In this document: one piece after another, positions 8,223 to 17,324 of the stretch
How the letters are laid out: every line of letters begins with the position of its first letter
Numbering within the stretch: position 1 is the first letter of the stretch
Assembly (NCBI GenBank): GCA_001775055.1
Contig: MFBU01000009.1
Coordinates: 382-64,381, forward strand
Direction: 5' to 3'
Length of the DNA stretch: 64,000 nucleotides
From: Candidatus Curtissbacteria bacterium RIFCSPLOWO2_02_41_11
GTDB lineage: Bacteria; Patescibacteriota; Microgenomatia; Curtissbacterales; GWA2-41-24
Translations under genes and position numbers: made by a program
Notes under the pieces: generated by a model
Seen by the model: only the letters and a program-made list of their open reading frames with translations
Database searches by the model: none
Told to the model about the DNA's origin: nothing

Positions 8223-9713
8223 ATGGATGTTAAAAATATAGAGACGGAGCTTTCAAAATTTATTTACGAACTGGAAACCGAAGATCGATTGGTTCGGGTT
8301 GGTTTAAAAGAAAAAGCCGAGACTTCAAAGATTTATAAGAAGTATCAAAATCTTTTTACTAGGGAAGTTCTTGACGGTCTTAAAAAACAAATTAATAAAA
8401 CCGGCAACGCCAAAACTCGTGAGATTTTACAGCGGATTTACTTTACAATAGCGGGCAGTTTTATTGGTCTTAAAACAGCAGTCTTGGATGACAGCATCAA
8501 AACTTACTTTTCACAAGCTAAAGTCAAGGTTAGAAATGAGGAACTTGCCTATTTCCAAATTAGTCCGAAAATAGCCAAAGAGCCAGTTTTTGATCAACGC
8601 GAACTATATAGTGATGCGATTGACTATGTAATAACCAAAATAAGCCCAAAACAGCTAGAACTTTTAAACACTGAAGTAAAACTTATCCAAAATTTGGGCT
8701 ATGGCAATTACCTTGCTTTTTATGCCAAAGCCAAGAAAATGGATTACGCAAACTTTAACAAGATAGCTGACAAAATTAAAAAAGAAACTGATAATCTTTG
8801 GCAGCGAACAATTGAGAAAGTGTCAAAAGAGATATTAGGAAGGTCCTTTAAAAATCTTCGATCTTGTCACATGGTTTATCTTAGATCACTTTCGATGTTT
8901 GATAACCTTTATCCGAAGGAAAAAGTCGTCTCGACCTTTTTGCAGTTTGCAAATGACCTGGGACTGGCCGATTTACTATCAAGGGTTAAAATTGATGATA
9001 AGGACAGACCGCGAAAGAATCCAAGGGCAGTTTGTTACTGGCCAAAGCCGCCGCAAGAAGTTCACTTGGTTATTAAACCAATTGGCGGCGAGCAGGATTT
9101 TGAAGCGATGTTTCATGAAGGCGGGCATGCGCTTCATGGAGCAGCGGTTGATACCAAACTTCCTTATGCTTTAAAAACACTTTCTCGCTCCGGAGCATTG
9201 ACCGAAACTTATGCTTTTATTCTTGAAGATTTAGTTTTTAATCCCCTATGGCTTTCAACATTTTTGAATGTTTCTGCAAATAGCGCCCAGCGTATTCAGA
9301 AACAGGCTTATTTTGTCAATTTGATGATGCTGAGGCGATACCTGGGCAAATTCTCATATGAATATGAGATGTTCTCGCAGAATGCAATTGCTAAGGGTCC
9401 GGCTCTCTATGCTAAAAATTTACAGAACTTAACAGGATTTATAACCAAAAAGATCTACTGGCTTTCTGACATGGATAGTGGTTTTTACAGTGCCGATTAT
9501 TTGCGGGCTTGGATTGGGGCGGCGCAGATTAAAGATTATTTGAAGCGCAAATTTGGTCAAAAATGGTTTTTAAACCCCAAAGCCGGCAAGTTTTTGCGAG
9601 GGTTATTTGCACGAGGTGTCAGCGATGAAGTTGAGGATGTGGTGAGAAAGCTTAGCTATAGACCTTTTGATATTTCCCTATTGGTTTCCGGCTATAAAAA
9701 AGTTTTGTCCTAA
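8223..9713 (+). CDS. Zinc metallopeptidase, M3/oligoendopeptidase-F-like
   Basis: HEGGHALH (HExxH), RKNPRAVC, ALTETYAF and YSADYLRAW motifs. Probable start ATG 8223. Confidence 0.75.
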   Translation: MDVKNIETELSKFIYELETEDRLVRVGLKEKAETSKIYKKYQNLFTREVLDGLKKQINKTGNAKTREILQRIYFTIAGSFIGLKTAVLDDSIKTYFSQAKVKVRNEELAYFQISPKIAKEPVFDQRELYSDAIDYVITKISPKQLELLNTEVKLIQNLGYGNYLAFYAKAKKMDYANFNKIADKIKKETDNLWQRTIEKVSKEILGRSFKNLRSCHMVYLRSLSMFDNLYPKEKVVSTFLQFANDLGLADLLSRVKIDDKDRPRKNPRAVCYWPKPPQEVHLVIKPIGGEQDFEAMFHEGGHALHGAAVDTKLPYALKTLSRSGALTETYAFILEDLVFNPLWLSTFLNVSANSAQRIQKQAYFVNLMMLRRYLGKFSYEYEMFSQNAIAKGPALYAKNLQNLTGFITKKIYWLSDMDSGFYSADYLRAWIGAAQIKDYLKRKFGQKWFLNPKAGKFLRGLFARGVSDEVEDVVRKLSYRPFDISLLVSGYKKVLS

Positions 9714-10153
9714 GCGGCGGTTTTAACAGTTACAAGATCGTTTTCAAACTCGCTGATTACGATTGGATTGCCTTTTTGAAAATCTTTGAGGGAGCGGTAA
9801 ATATGAATTGGTAATTCATTTGCTTGAGGGTAGAAAAAATACAAGAATGTCGGCAGTTCTTTGGCCACCTGTTCAAGAGTTAATTCTTTGCACTCAACCA
9901 CCATTTCCCAGGGCTTATCCGGTTCATCGATTTCTGGAATAGTTATTGCGGTTCTGGGAACGGCTTCTATAAAATGACAGTTTGCTCCTTCTCTATTCTG
10001 CATAATTCTTAAGGCAATTATTGCTGGTTTTGGCCATGAAGTGATGACTAGGTTGACTCGACCGATTCGAACGGATCTTTTAATGCCTTTGTCAATTTCT
10101 CTTCGCCAATTTGCAAATTCGGCCTCTGATGGTATAAGGCTTCTTCTTTCCAT
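9710..10153 (-). CDS. Hypothetical protein
   Basis: 147-aa ORF with TAAAAT just upstream. Confidence 0.6.
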   Translation of the reverse strand: MERRSLIPSEAEFANWRREIDKGIKRSVRIGRVNLVITSWPKPAIIALRIMQNREGANCHFIEAVPRTAITIPEIDEPDKPWEMVVECKELTLEQVAKELPTFLYFFYPQANELPIHIYRSLKDFQKGNPIVISEFENDLVTVKTAA

Positions 10154-10201
10154 AGAGGAAGAATTTTAGCATATTTTGGAATAGATTACTATGGGTTGAT
10201 A

Positions 10202-10918
10202 TTAGGAGATCAGGGTGCCGATTTTTTGGCCGGAGACCGCTTTTTCGATATTGCCTTCTTTGCCCAAGTCAAAAACCAGAATCGGAATTTTGTGTTCCAT
10301 ACAAAGAGAAATTGCATTGTTATCAAGAACTTCAATTTGTTTGTCGGTAAGGGCTTGTTTAAAAGTCAGATTTTCTAATTTTTTAGCATCTTTATAAACT
10401 TTGGGATCTTTGTCATAGACAGCGTCGACTTTGGTGCCTTTTAAGATAATTTCGCATTTGGTTTCTAAGGCCCGAAGGGCAGCTGTGGTATCAGTAGTAA
10501 AAAAAGGATTGCCGGTGCCGCCGGCAAAAATAACCACTCTACCCTTTTCCAAATGGCGGATAGCCCGACGTCTGACATAAGGTTCGCAGACATCTTTAAC
10601 TTCAATTGCCGAAAGAACTCGGGTATCTTGCTTTTCTTTTTCCAAAGCCGCCTGCAGGGCCAGTGAATTCATGATGGTTGCCAGCATGCCGATATAATCC
10701 CCGACTGTGCGCTCAAGACCATGTTCGGCTGCCCGCTCGCCCCTGAAAATATTGCCGCCGCCGACAACTACCGCAATTTGGACGCCACTTTTAGTCGCCT
10801 TGATGATTTCGCGGGCCAGCCATTGGCAAAAGACTGGATCAATGCCGTATTCTCTTTTTCCCAGAAAAGTTTCACCGGAAAGTTTCAGAAGCACGCGTTT
10901 GTATTTAGGTTGGGCCAT
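10202..10918 (-). CDS. pyrH: UMP kinase
   Basis: YKRVLLKLSGE, VGGGNIFRG and GTGNPFFTTDTTAALRA motifs. Confidence 0.98.
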   Translation of the reverse strand: MAQPKYKRVLLKLSGETFLGKREYGIDPVFCQWLAREIIKATKSGVQIAVVVGGGNIFRGERAAEHGLERTVGDYIGMLATIMNSLALQAALEKEKQDTRVLSAIEVKDVCEPYVRRRAIRHLEKGRVVIFAGGTGNPFFTTDTTAALRALETKCEIILKGTKVDAVYDKDPKVYKDAKKLENLTFKQALTDKQIEVLDNNAISLCMEHKIPILVFDLGKEGNIEKAVSGQKIGTLIS

Positions 10919-11004
10919 TTAAGGTTATTTTAGCAGTTTCACCCTGATCATGTCGACTTTACGTCAGTTGTTGGTGAAAATAGGATTTGGGACACAGAGT
11001 CGAA

Positions 11005-11036
11005 GACCCTGAGCGAGTGAAACGAGTCGAAGGGTC
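11005..11036 (+). repeat. REP-like hairpin with tandem G.A pairs
   Basis: GACCCT-GA-GCGAGTGAAACGAGTC-GA-AGGGTC. Confidence 0.65.
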
Positions 11037-11066
11037 GCAGAATTTTGGGGATAGCTTCCCCACTTC

Positions 11067-11096
11067 TTGATTTTTACTTTGAGAGCGTCGTACAAT
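11067..11096 (+). promoter_or_regulatory. Putative sigma70 promoter of xerC/D
   Basis: TTGATT-N18-TACAAT. Confidence 0.5.
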
Positions 11097-11100
11097 TGTA

Positions 11101-11156
11101 ACTGACAACTGACAACTGACAACTGACAACTGACAACTGACAACTGACAACTGACA
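11101..11156 (+). repeat. Perfect tandem repeat (ACTGACA)x8 ending 3 nt before the xer start codon
   Basis: Counted directly. Confidence 0.97.
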
Positions 11157-11159
11157 AAA

Positions 11160-12095
11160 ATGGCTTTTGATCTGCCCTCTTTGATTGATGAGTTTTTAGA
11201 GTATTTAGAGATTGAGCGCAATCTCTCCCCTCTTACCATTCGCGATTACCGGCATTACTTAAATCATTTTGCTGATTGGTCAAAAAACCATTCTCCGATT
11301 TTGCGACCTCAGGATATAACAGTCGAGTTAATCCGCAAATATCGAGTGTATTTAGCCCATTACAACAGCCCGAACGGCCAATTACCTCTTAAAAAAGTCA
11401 CCCAGAATTATTATGTTATTGCCTTGCGGTCGTTTCTTAAATATTTAATAAGAAAAGATTTACCGGTGATATCGCCTGATAAAATTGAGCTTCCCAAAAC
11501 CGAAAGCCGTTCTTTGAAGTTTTTGGATCGGGATCAAGTTGATCGACTCTTGGTTCAACCGAATGTATCAAGCGAGCGAGGGATTCGTGATAAGGTTATC
11601 ATGGAGATGCTTTTTTCAACGGGACTTAGGGTTTCGGAATTGTGTCGGCTGAATCGGGACCAAGTTAATCTAGAGCGAGGTGAATTTGGAGTTGTCGGCA
11701 AAGGTCAACGCTTGCGGGTGGTTTTTCTTTCTGATAGGGCTAAAATTTGGCTGGAGAAGTATTTGGCAAGAAGAACGGATAGTTTTAAGCCGCTTTTTAT
11801 TCGGTATGCCGGTAATCAGGAACCTGTGGTTAATGGGGAGAAGATGAGATTGACTCCCCGATCTGTTCAGCGAATCATTGACAAATATGTGCGAAAAGCC
11901 CGTTTGCCGGTGAAGGCCACGCCCCATGTTCTTCGTCATTCATTTGCAACCGATCTTTTAATGAATGGAGCGGATTTAAGATCAGTGCAAGAGCTTTTGG
12001 GTCACAAGAATGTTTCTACCACCCAAATTTACACCCATGTAACAAATCAACAGTTGAGAGACGTACACAAGGCCTTTCATTCAGGGAATAAATAG
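11160..12095 (+). CDS. xerC: Tyrosine recombinase XerC/XerD family
   Basis: ERNLSPLTIRDY, STGLRVSEL, GKG, TPHVLRHSFATDLL.NGADLRSVQELLGH..VSTTQIYTHV. Confidence 0.9.
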   Translation: MAFDLPSLIDEFLEYLEIERNLSPLTIRDYRHYLNHFADWSKNHSPILRPQDITVELIRKYRVYLAHYNSPNGQLPLKKVTQNYYVIALRSFLKYLIRKDLPVISPDKIELPKTESRSLKFLDRDQVDRLLVQPNVSSERGIRDKVIMEMLFSTGLRVSELCRLNRDQVNLERGEFGVVGKGQRLRVVFLSDRAKIWLEKYLARRTDSFKPLFIRYAGNQEPVVNGEKMRLTPRSVQRIIDKYVRKARLPVKATPHVLRHSFATDLLMNGADLRSVQELLGHKNVSTTQIYTHVTNQQLRDVHKAFHSGNK

Positions 12096-12184
12096 GCAAA
12101 ATTATTTTTAAAACGTCAAAGTATTCTTGTTTGATGCCATTAAGATGAGTGACTGGTTGACTGTTGTTGCTGGGAAGTGGTTGG

Positions 12185-12817
12185 TCATTGTTTTTCAACG
12201 AGGACGAATTTGCCGGCAGTGAATACTATTTGCAGCTGACAAATTTCCAGTAGAGCGCGCATTTGAGTGACGTGATTAATTGGTTTTTCAATTGAATCAA
12301 GAAATATAAGGGCAGAAGCACCATGCAGGAGCAGCCTACTATAAATGGGAATAACTGATTGGCCTTGTATTTCAACTGAAGTCTGTCGGTCATAGTAGGC
12401 GGCTCCGCAAAGGTCTAGGATAAAGTGGTAACCTTGGACGAATAGTCCTTTCTCCCAACAAGTCTGAATAGGACCAATGATTAACCTGTCAATTCCACAG
12501 TCGGGATTTTTTGGAATGTGGCGTTCGGCAAGAGTAATTCCGGTGGTAGTGATTGGTTTACCAATTTTTGTTTCTAGTCTTTTGAATCCTTTTAAGGCAA
12601 GACCATAACCACAACCTCCTTCCAAAACCAGCAGAGCGGAGCTGTCTGGGAAGCGACTAGCTAAACCACGAAAATGTTCCTGGAAGTCAAAGCGGATTCC
12701 CTTTTGGGCAAGGCCAAGTTCAATTTCCCCTAAGGTCCGTGATTCAAACTCGCCGTTCAGACGAACAGCCCAGGGTTCTCGCTGATCAGTTGGTTGAAAT
12801 CTAACAATTTCGGTCAT
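12185..12817 (-). CDS. Class I SAM-dependent methyltransferase-like protein
   Basis: Motif I VLEGGCGYG followed by TGITL. Confidence 0.65.
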   Translation of the reverse strand: MTEIVRFQPTDQREPWAVRLNGEFESRTLGEIELGLAQKGIRFDFQEHFRGLASRFPDSSALLVLEGGCGYGLALKGFKRLETKIGKPITTTGITLAERHIPKNPDCGIDRLIIGPIQTCWEKGLFVQGYHFILDLCGAAYYDRQTSVEIQGQSVIPIYSRLLLHGASALIFLDSIEKPINHVTQMRALLEICQLQIVFTAGKFVLVEKQ

Positions 12818-12914
12818 TGCCCATCAAAAATGGCTGACCGTCTGGTATCAGCCAATTGTAATGTATGATAAACTAGATTATTCCCAAAATCAACTATGGG
12901 GTTAATTTCCCGAG

Positions 12915-15900
12915 TTAATTTTTGAAGGTTACATACTGATTCCAGGGAAGAATTTTGAGATCGGCGGGTTTTTTGAGGGAAATTGCCTTGACAAAAAGCT
13001 GAGCGGCTTGCATGTTGGCAAGTAGCGGTATGCCAAAGTCAATTGATGCTCGGCGGATTAAATAATCATCATCGAACTCTTTTTTAAAGTAAGGATCAAA
13101 GATATTGATGACCAGATCAATCTTTTTGGCCAAAAGAAAGTCCAGGACATTGGGTTTTTGATGTTCGTGAATTTTATAAAGTTTGGTAACATCAATACCG
13201 TGGTTTTTGAAAAATTGGGCGGTGCCGGCCGTGGCATAAATTTTAAGACCCATTTTAAAAAGAGTTTTGGCGGCTTCTTGGAATTTGATCTTGTTTTCTT
13301 CACCAGCCAGGGAGATAAAGACCGATTTTTTGGGTAAGGAGACACCGGTTGCTATTTGCGATTTTAAATAGGCCTCATAGATATCATCACCAAAACAGGC
13401 GACTTCACCGGTTGAGGCCATTTCGACTCGCAAAATCGGATCTGCGCCTTTGATACGGGCGAACGAAAACTGGGGAGCTTTGACCGCGACATAATCTGGT
13501 CTCTGGTCTCTGGTCTCTGGTCTCTGGTCAATGCCTAGTATTGCTTCGGTGGCTAATTTGGCAAAGTTGATGCCGGTGACTTTAGAGACAAAAGGAAGTG
13601 AGCGGCTGGCACGCAAATTGCACTCAATAACCATTACCCGGTTGTTTTCGGCCAAAAATTGGATGTTGAAAGGACCAGTGATGTTAAGTTCCCTAGCAAT
13701 TTTTTGGGCAATTTTTTTGATTTGTTCAATTGTTTGAGTGTAGAGCTTTTGGGCGGGCAAAACCATACTGGAGTCTCCGCTGTGTACGCCGGCATTTTCG
13801 ACGTGTTCTATGATCGCCTGACATAAAACTTTGCCGTTTTTGGCCACAGCATCGATTTCGATTTCTTTGGAATTTTGATGGAACTGAGAAATAACTACAG
13901 GGTATTCTGCGGAAACTTGTGAAGCAGCCAAAAGATAAGCTTCAAGGTCCTGCGGGTTAAAGGCCACATTCATGGCTGCTCCGGAAAGAACATATGATGG
14001 GCGTACTAAAACCGGATAGCCGATTTTTTGGGCAAAGACAATTGCCTCCCCGACATTTTTAAGTTTGGCCCAAACGGGTTGAGCGATATCAAGCTCGTCG
14101 CAAAGCTTGGAAAATTTGCTTCTGTCCTCTGCCCTATCGATTGAAGTGACTTTAGTTCCTAAAATTGCCAAGCCCCTTTGGGTAAGTTTGGTGGCCAGAT
14201 TGTTGGGGGTTTGGCCGCCCATGGAAACAATTAGGCCGCTCGGTTTTTCTTTGTGGTAAATTTCTGTGATTGTCTCTTCGGTTAATTCTTCAAAATAGAG
14301 TTTTTGGGCCATGTCAAAGTCGGTAGAAACAGTTTCGGGGTTACAGTTGATAATGATTGTCGAAAAATTGCAACTTTCGGCTGTTTGGGCACAAGTGACC
14401 GAACACCAGTCAAATTCGACAGAGGAACCAATGCGGTAAGGACCGGAGCCCAAGACGATAACCTTTGACATTTGACCTTTGACATTTGACCTTTGACTTA
14501 CAACATCATCTGATTCTCCATTGTAAGTCAGATAAAGGTAATTAGTCTCGGCCGGGTATTCGGCAGCTAAAGTGTCGATTTGTTTGACGGATGGATGAAT
14601 GTCGAATTTGTGTCGAAGTTGGCGGATTTTGTCTTTCGTTGAACCCGTTAAAGTTGTTAATCGTTTATCGGAAAACCCAAGTTGTTTGGCTAAAAGAAGA
14701 GCATCACGGCTATTAAAAGTATCAGGGGTACCATGAGTTTTTTGTTTTGAGACTTTGATACTTTTTTCAAAATCGCAGATATTCTTAAGTTTGTAAAGGA
14801 AGAATGGATCGATACCGGTGGCTTGGGCAATTTTTTCGACGGCAGTTTTTTGGCGGATAGCGCGGGCGATGGCAAAAATCCGCCAAGGGGTTGGTTTGGC
14901 CCAGGAAACCTTTGGTGCCTTTTCATCCAAAATTCCCTCAAAACCGATATCAAGCATACGCACGGCTTTTTGAATTGCCTCTTCAAATTTTCGACCGACA
15001 GCCATAACTTCGCCAACCGATTGCATCGAGGAGCCGATTTCTGTTTGGCTTTTTAAGAATTTGGCAAGATCCCATCTGGGGAACTTGACGACCAGATAAT
15101 CAAGAGCCGGTTCAAAGCAGGCAATGGTTTTTTTGGTAACCGAGTTTTGAAGATCGGTTAGTGAGTAGCCCAGCGCCAATTTGGCGGCAATATAGGCTAA
15201 GGGATAACCAGTGGCTTTGGAGGCCAATGCCGAGGAGCGGGAAAGACGGGCATTAACTTCGATGATGCGGTAGTCGAGGCTGGAAGTGAGAGATGAGAAG
15301 TGAGAAGCTGGATCCCACTTCGGATTTGGGTTCAGAGCGAATTGGATATTGCATTCGCCGACAATACCCAGGTGTCTAATGACTTTGATAGAAATCTCAC
15401 GAAGCTTGTGATATTCGAAGTTGTTAAGGGTTTGGGAAGGAGCAACGACGATTGATTCGCCCGTGTGGATGCCCATTGGGTCGATATTTTCCATGTTGCA
15501 AACAGTGATGCAGTTGTCAAATTTGTCTCTGACTACTTCATATTCAACCTCCTTCCACTTATCGAGATATTCCTCAATTAAGATTTGGCCAACTTTGGCA
15601 AGAGCCCGAGTGGCAATTTCCACAAGTTGTTTTCGATTTTGAGCCATACCGCTGTCTTGACCGCCTAGTGAAAAGCCGCCTCTTATCATTATCGGGTAGC
15701 CGATTGTGGTGGCGACAGCCAATGCTTGTTTGACGGTTTTAACTGCCTGACTTTGAGGGCACTTCAGGTTAATTTGATCTAAGGTGTTGACAAAAAGTTG
15801 TCGGTCTTCAGTCTTCTCGATTGTTTCAATGGATGTTCCTAATACTTCGACTTGGTATTTTTGAAAAATCCGATCCTTGGCCAGTAATAGACCGCAATTT

Positions 15901-16178
15901 AAGGCGGTTTGACCGCCAAAGGAAAGGATAATGCCGTCGGGTTTTTCTTTTTGGATGATTTTCTTAACGAAATAAGGTTCAATTGGCAAGAAATAAACGG
16001 TGTTGGCAAAGCCTTGAGAAGTCTGGATGGTGGCAATGTTGGGATTGACCAGAATGACTTTGATGCTTTCCTCTTTTAAGGCTTTAATGGCTTGTGAGCC
16101 GGAGTAATCGAATTCGCCGGCTTGGCCGATTTTGAGGGCTCCGGAGCCAAGAAGCAGAACTTTTTTGATTTTTTTCAT
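12915..16178 (-). CDS. carB: Carbamoyl-phosphate synthase large subunit (with four repeat-derived in-frame inserts)
   Basis: GSGALKIGQAGEFDYSGSQA, IEVNARLSRSSALASKATG, second ATP-grasp domain and MGS domain. Confidence 0.98.
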   Translation of the reverse strand: MKKIKKVLLLGSGALKIGQAGEFDYSGSQAIKALKEESIKVILVNPNIATIQTSQGFANTVYFLPIEPYFVKKIIQKEKPDGIILSFGGQTALNCGLLLAKDRIFQKYQVEVLGTSIETIEKTEDRQLFVNTLDQINLKCPQSQAVKTVKQALAVATTIGYPIMIRGGFSLGGQDSGMAQNRKQLVEIATRALAKVGQILIEEYLDKWKEVEYEVVRDKFDNCITVCNMENIDPMGIHTGESIVVAPSQTLNNFEYHKLREISIKVIRHLGIVGECNIQFALNPNPKWDPASHFSSLTSSLDYRIIEVNARLSRSSALASKATGYPLAYIAAKLALGYSLTDLQNSVTKKTIACFEPALDYLVVKFPRWDLAKFLKSQTEIGSSMQSVGEVMAVGRKFEEAIQKAVRMLDIGFEGILDEKAPKVSWAKPTPWRIFAIARAIRQKTAVEKIAQATGIDPFFLYKLKNICDFEKSIKVSKQKTHGTPDTFNSRDALLLAKQLGFSDKRLTTLTGSTKDKIRQLRHKFDIHPSVKQIDTLAAEYPAETNYLYLTYNGESDDVVSQRSNVKGQMSKVIVLGSGPYRIGSSVEFDWCSVTCAQTAESCNFSTIIINCNPETVSTDFDMAQKLYFEELTEETITEIYHKEKPSGLIVSMGGQTPNNLATKLTQRGLAILGTKVTSIDRAEDRSKFSKLCDELDIAQPVWAKLKNVGEAIVFAQKIGYPVLVRPSYVLSGAAMNVAFNPQDLEAYLLAASQVSAEYPVVISQFHQNSKEIEIDAVAKNGKVLCQAIIEHVENAGVHSGDSSMVLPAQKLYTQTIEQIKKIAQKIARELNITGPFNIQFLAENNRVMVIECNLRASRSLPFVSKVTGINFAKLATEAILGIDQRPETRDQRPDYVAVKAPQFSFARIKGADPILRVEMASTGEVACFGDDIYEAYLKSQIATGVSLPKKSVFISLAGEENKIKFQEAAKTLFKMGLKIYATAGTAQFFKNHGIDVTKLYKIHEHQKPNVLDFLLAKKIDLVINIFDPYFKKEFDDDYLIRRASIDFGIPLLANMQAAQLFVKAISLKKPADLKILPWNQYVTFKN

Positions 16179-17242
16179 TTAAATTTCTCCATAAAGTAAT
16201 CAAACAGCCATTCGGTGTCGGTTGGGCCGGGAGTTGCCTCCGGATGAAATTGGACGGAGAAAAAAGGCAGCTTCTCATGAATAATCCCCTCATTGGTGTT
16301 GTCGTTAGCATTATAAAACCATCTTTTGAAACCATCAGGTAGTTTTTTTTCGTCAACCGCATAGCCGTGATTTTGGGTGGTGATGTAACAGCGTTTGGAG
16401 TTTACCTCGATTGTTGGTTGATTTTGGGCGCGATGACCGAATTTAAGTTTATAAGTGTTGCCACTGGCAGCAAGAGCTAAAAGTTGATTGCCCAGACAAA
16501 TGCCAAAAGTGGGGATTTTTTTATCTAGAGCTTTTTTAATAATAGCAATTGATTCTTTGGCCATTTTGGGGTCACCCGGGCCGTTGGAGATAACCAGACC
16601 GTCAATTGGTAGATTGTTTTCAAATGGATCATAATTCCATGGAAGTTCATAGACAGTAACCCCTCGAGAGAGAAAACTGCGAAGGATATTTCTTTTTGCA
16701 CCGCAGTTTAATAAGCCAATTTTTATACCTTTAAAGGAGTCTCCTTGAAATGGGGTGTGAATGATAGGTTTTGTTGGTGAGACTTTAGCAACGAGGTTTT
16801 CGGTATTGGGGTCCCAAAAATCGACATTTTGATTATCTGCGACTATTTTGCCAAGCATAACTCCCTTTTCTCGGAGTTTTTGAGTTAGGCGTCTGGTGTC
16901 GATACCAACAATTGCTGATATATTTTCTTTCTTTAACCACTGATCAAGCGTCATTTGGGATTGCCAGTGAGAAGGAATTATAGTCAGATCGCTGATGACA
17001 AGGCCGGCAACCTGGATTTTTTCGGATTCCCAATAATCTTTAGGTGGTACTCCCCAATTGCCAATTAAGGGATAGGTAAAAGTTAAAACTTGGCCGGCGT
17101 ACGATGGGTCAGTTAGGCTCATGTCATAGCCGACCATACCGGTGGCAAAAACCACCTCCCCGGCCACCGATCGTTTGGAGCCGGCAGCTTGACCATGGAA
17201 AATTGTTCCGTCTTCCAGGATTAATTTTGCTTTTTGCATCAT
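16175..17242 (-). CDS. carA: Carbamoyl-phosphate synthase small subunit
   Basis: GEVVF.TGM.GY, LTDPSY.GQ, SNGPGDP, GICLG and QFHPEATPGP motifs. Confidence 0.98.
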   Translation of the reverse strand: MMQKAKLILEDGTIFHGQAAGSKRSVAGEVVFATGMVGYDMSLTDPSYAGQVLTFTYPLIGNWGVPPKDYWESEKIQVAGLVISDLTIIPSHWQSQMTLDQWLKKENISAIVGIDTRRLTQKLREKGVMLGKIVADNQNVDFWDPNTENLVAKVSPTKPIIHTPFQGDSFKGIKIGLLNCGAKRNILRSFLSRGVTVYELPWNYDPFENNLPIDGLVISNGPGDPKMAKESIAIIKKALDKKIPTFGICLGNQLLALAASGNTYKLKFGHRAQNQPTIEVNSKRCYITTQNHGYAVDEKKLPDGFKRWFYNANDNTNEGIIHEKLPFFSVQFHPEATPGPTDTEWLFDYFMEKFK

Positions 17243-17307
17243 TTTTCAAAAAAAAGAAGCCCCTCGGCTTCTTTTGTCGGATACTTTAGTTTTTGGCCTA
17301 TTGGCAT
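17239..17307 (-). CDS. Putative 22-aa leader peptide MPIGQKLKYPTKEAEGLLFFEK overlapping the terminator and carA start
   Basis: Translated by hand. ATG at 17307; its TGA overlaps the carA ATG (ATGA). Confidence 0.4.
   Translation of the reverse strand: MPIGQKLKYPTKEAEGLLFFEK
17248..17275 (-). terminator. Intrinsic terminator/attenuator immediately before carA
   Basis: AAAAGAAGCC-GAGG-GGCTTCTTTTTTTT on the minus strand. Confidence 0.75.
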
Positions 17308-17324
17308 TTCTTTAAGTTACAACC

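Noticed and set aside
10940-10970. Possible dif site near the xer gene (ctgatcatg-tcgac-tttacgtcag)
   Set aside because: Weak arm symmetry and poor match to the ATAA-N6-TTATG core.
10959-11239. Minus-strand ORFs with SCQLSVV repeats
   Set aside because: They are just the translation of (ACTGACA)x8, antisense to the xer leader.
12147-12190. Possible heptamer array between xer and the methyltransferase
   Set aside because: Periodicity too degenerate to count confidently by eye.
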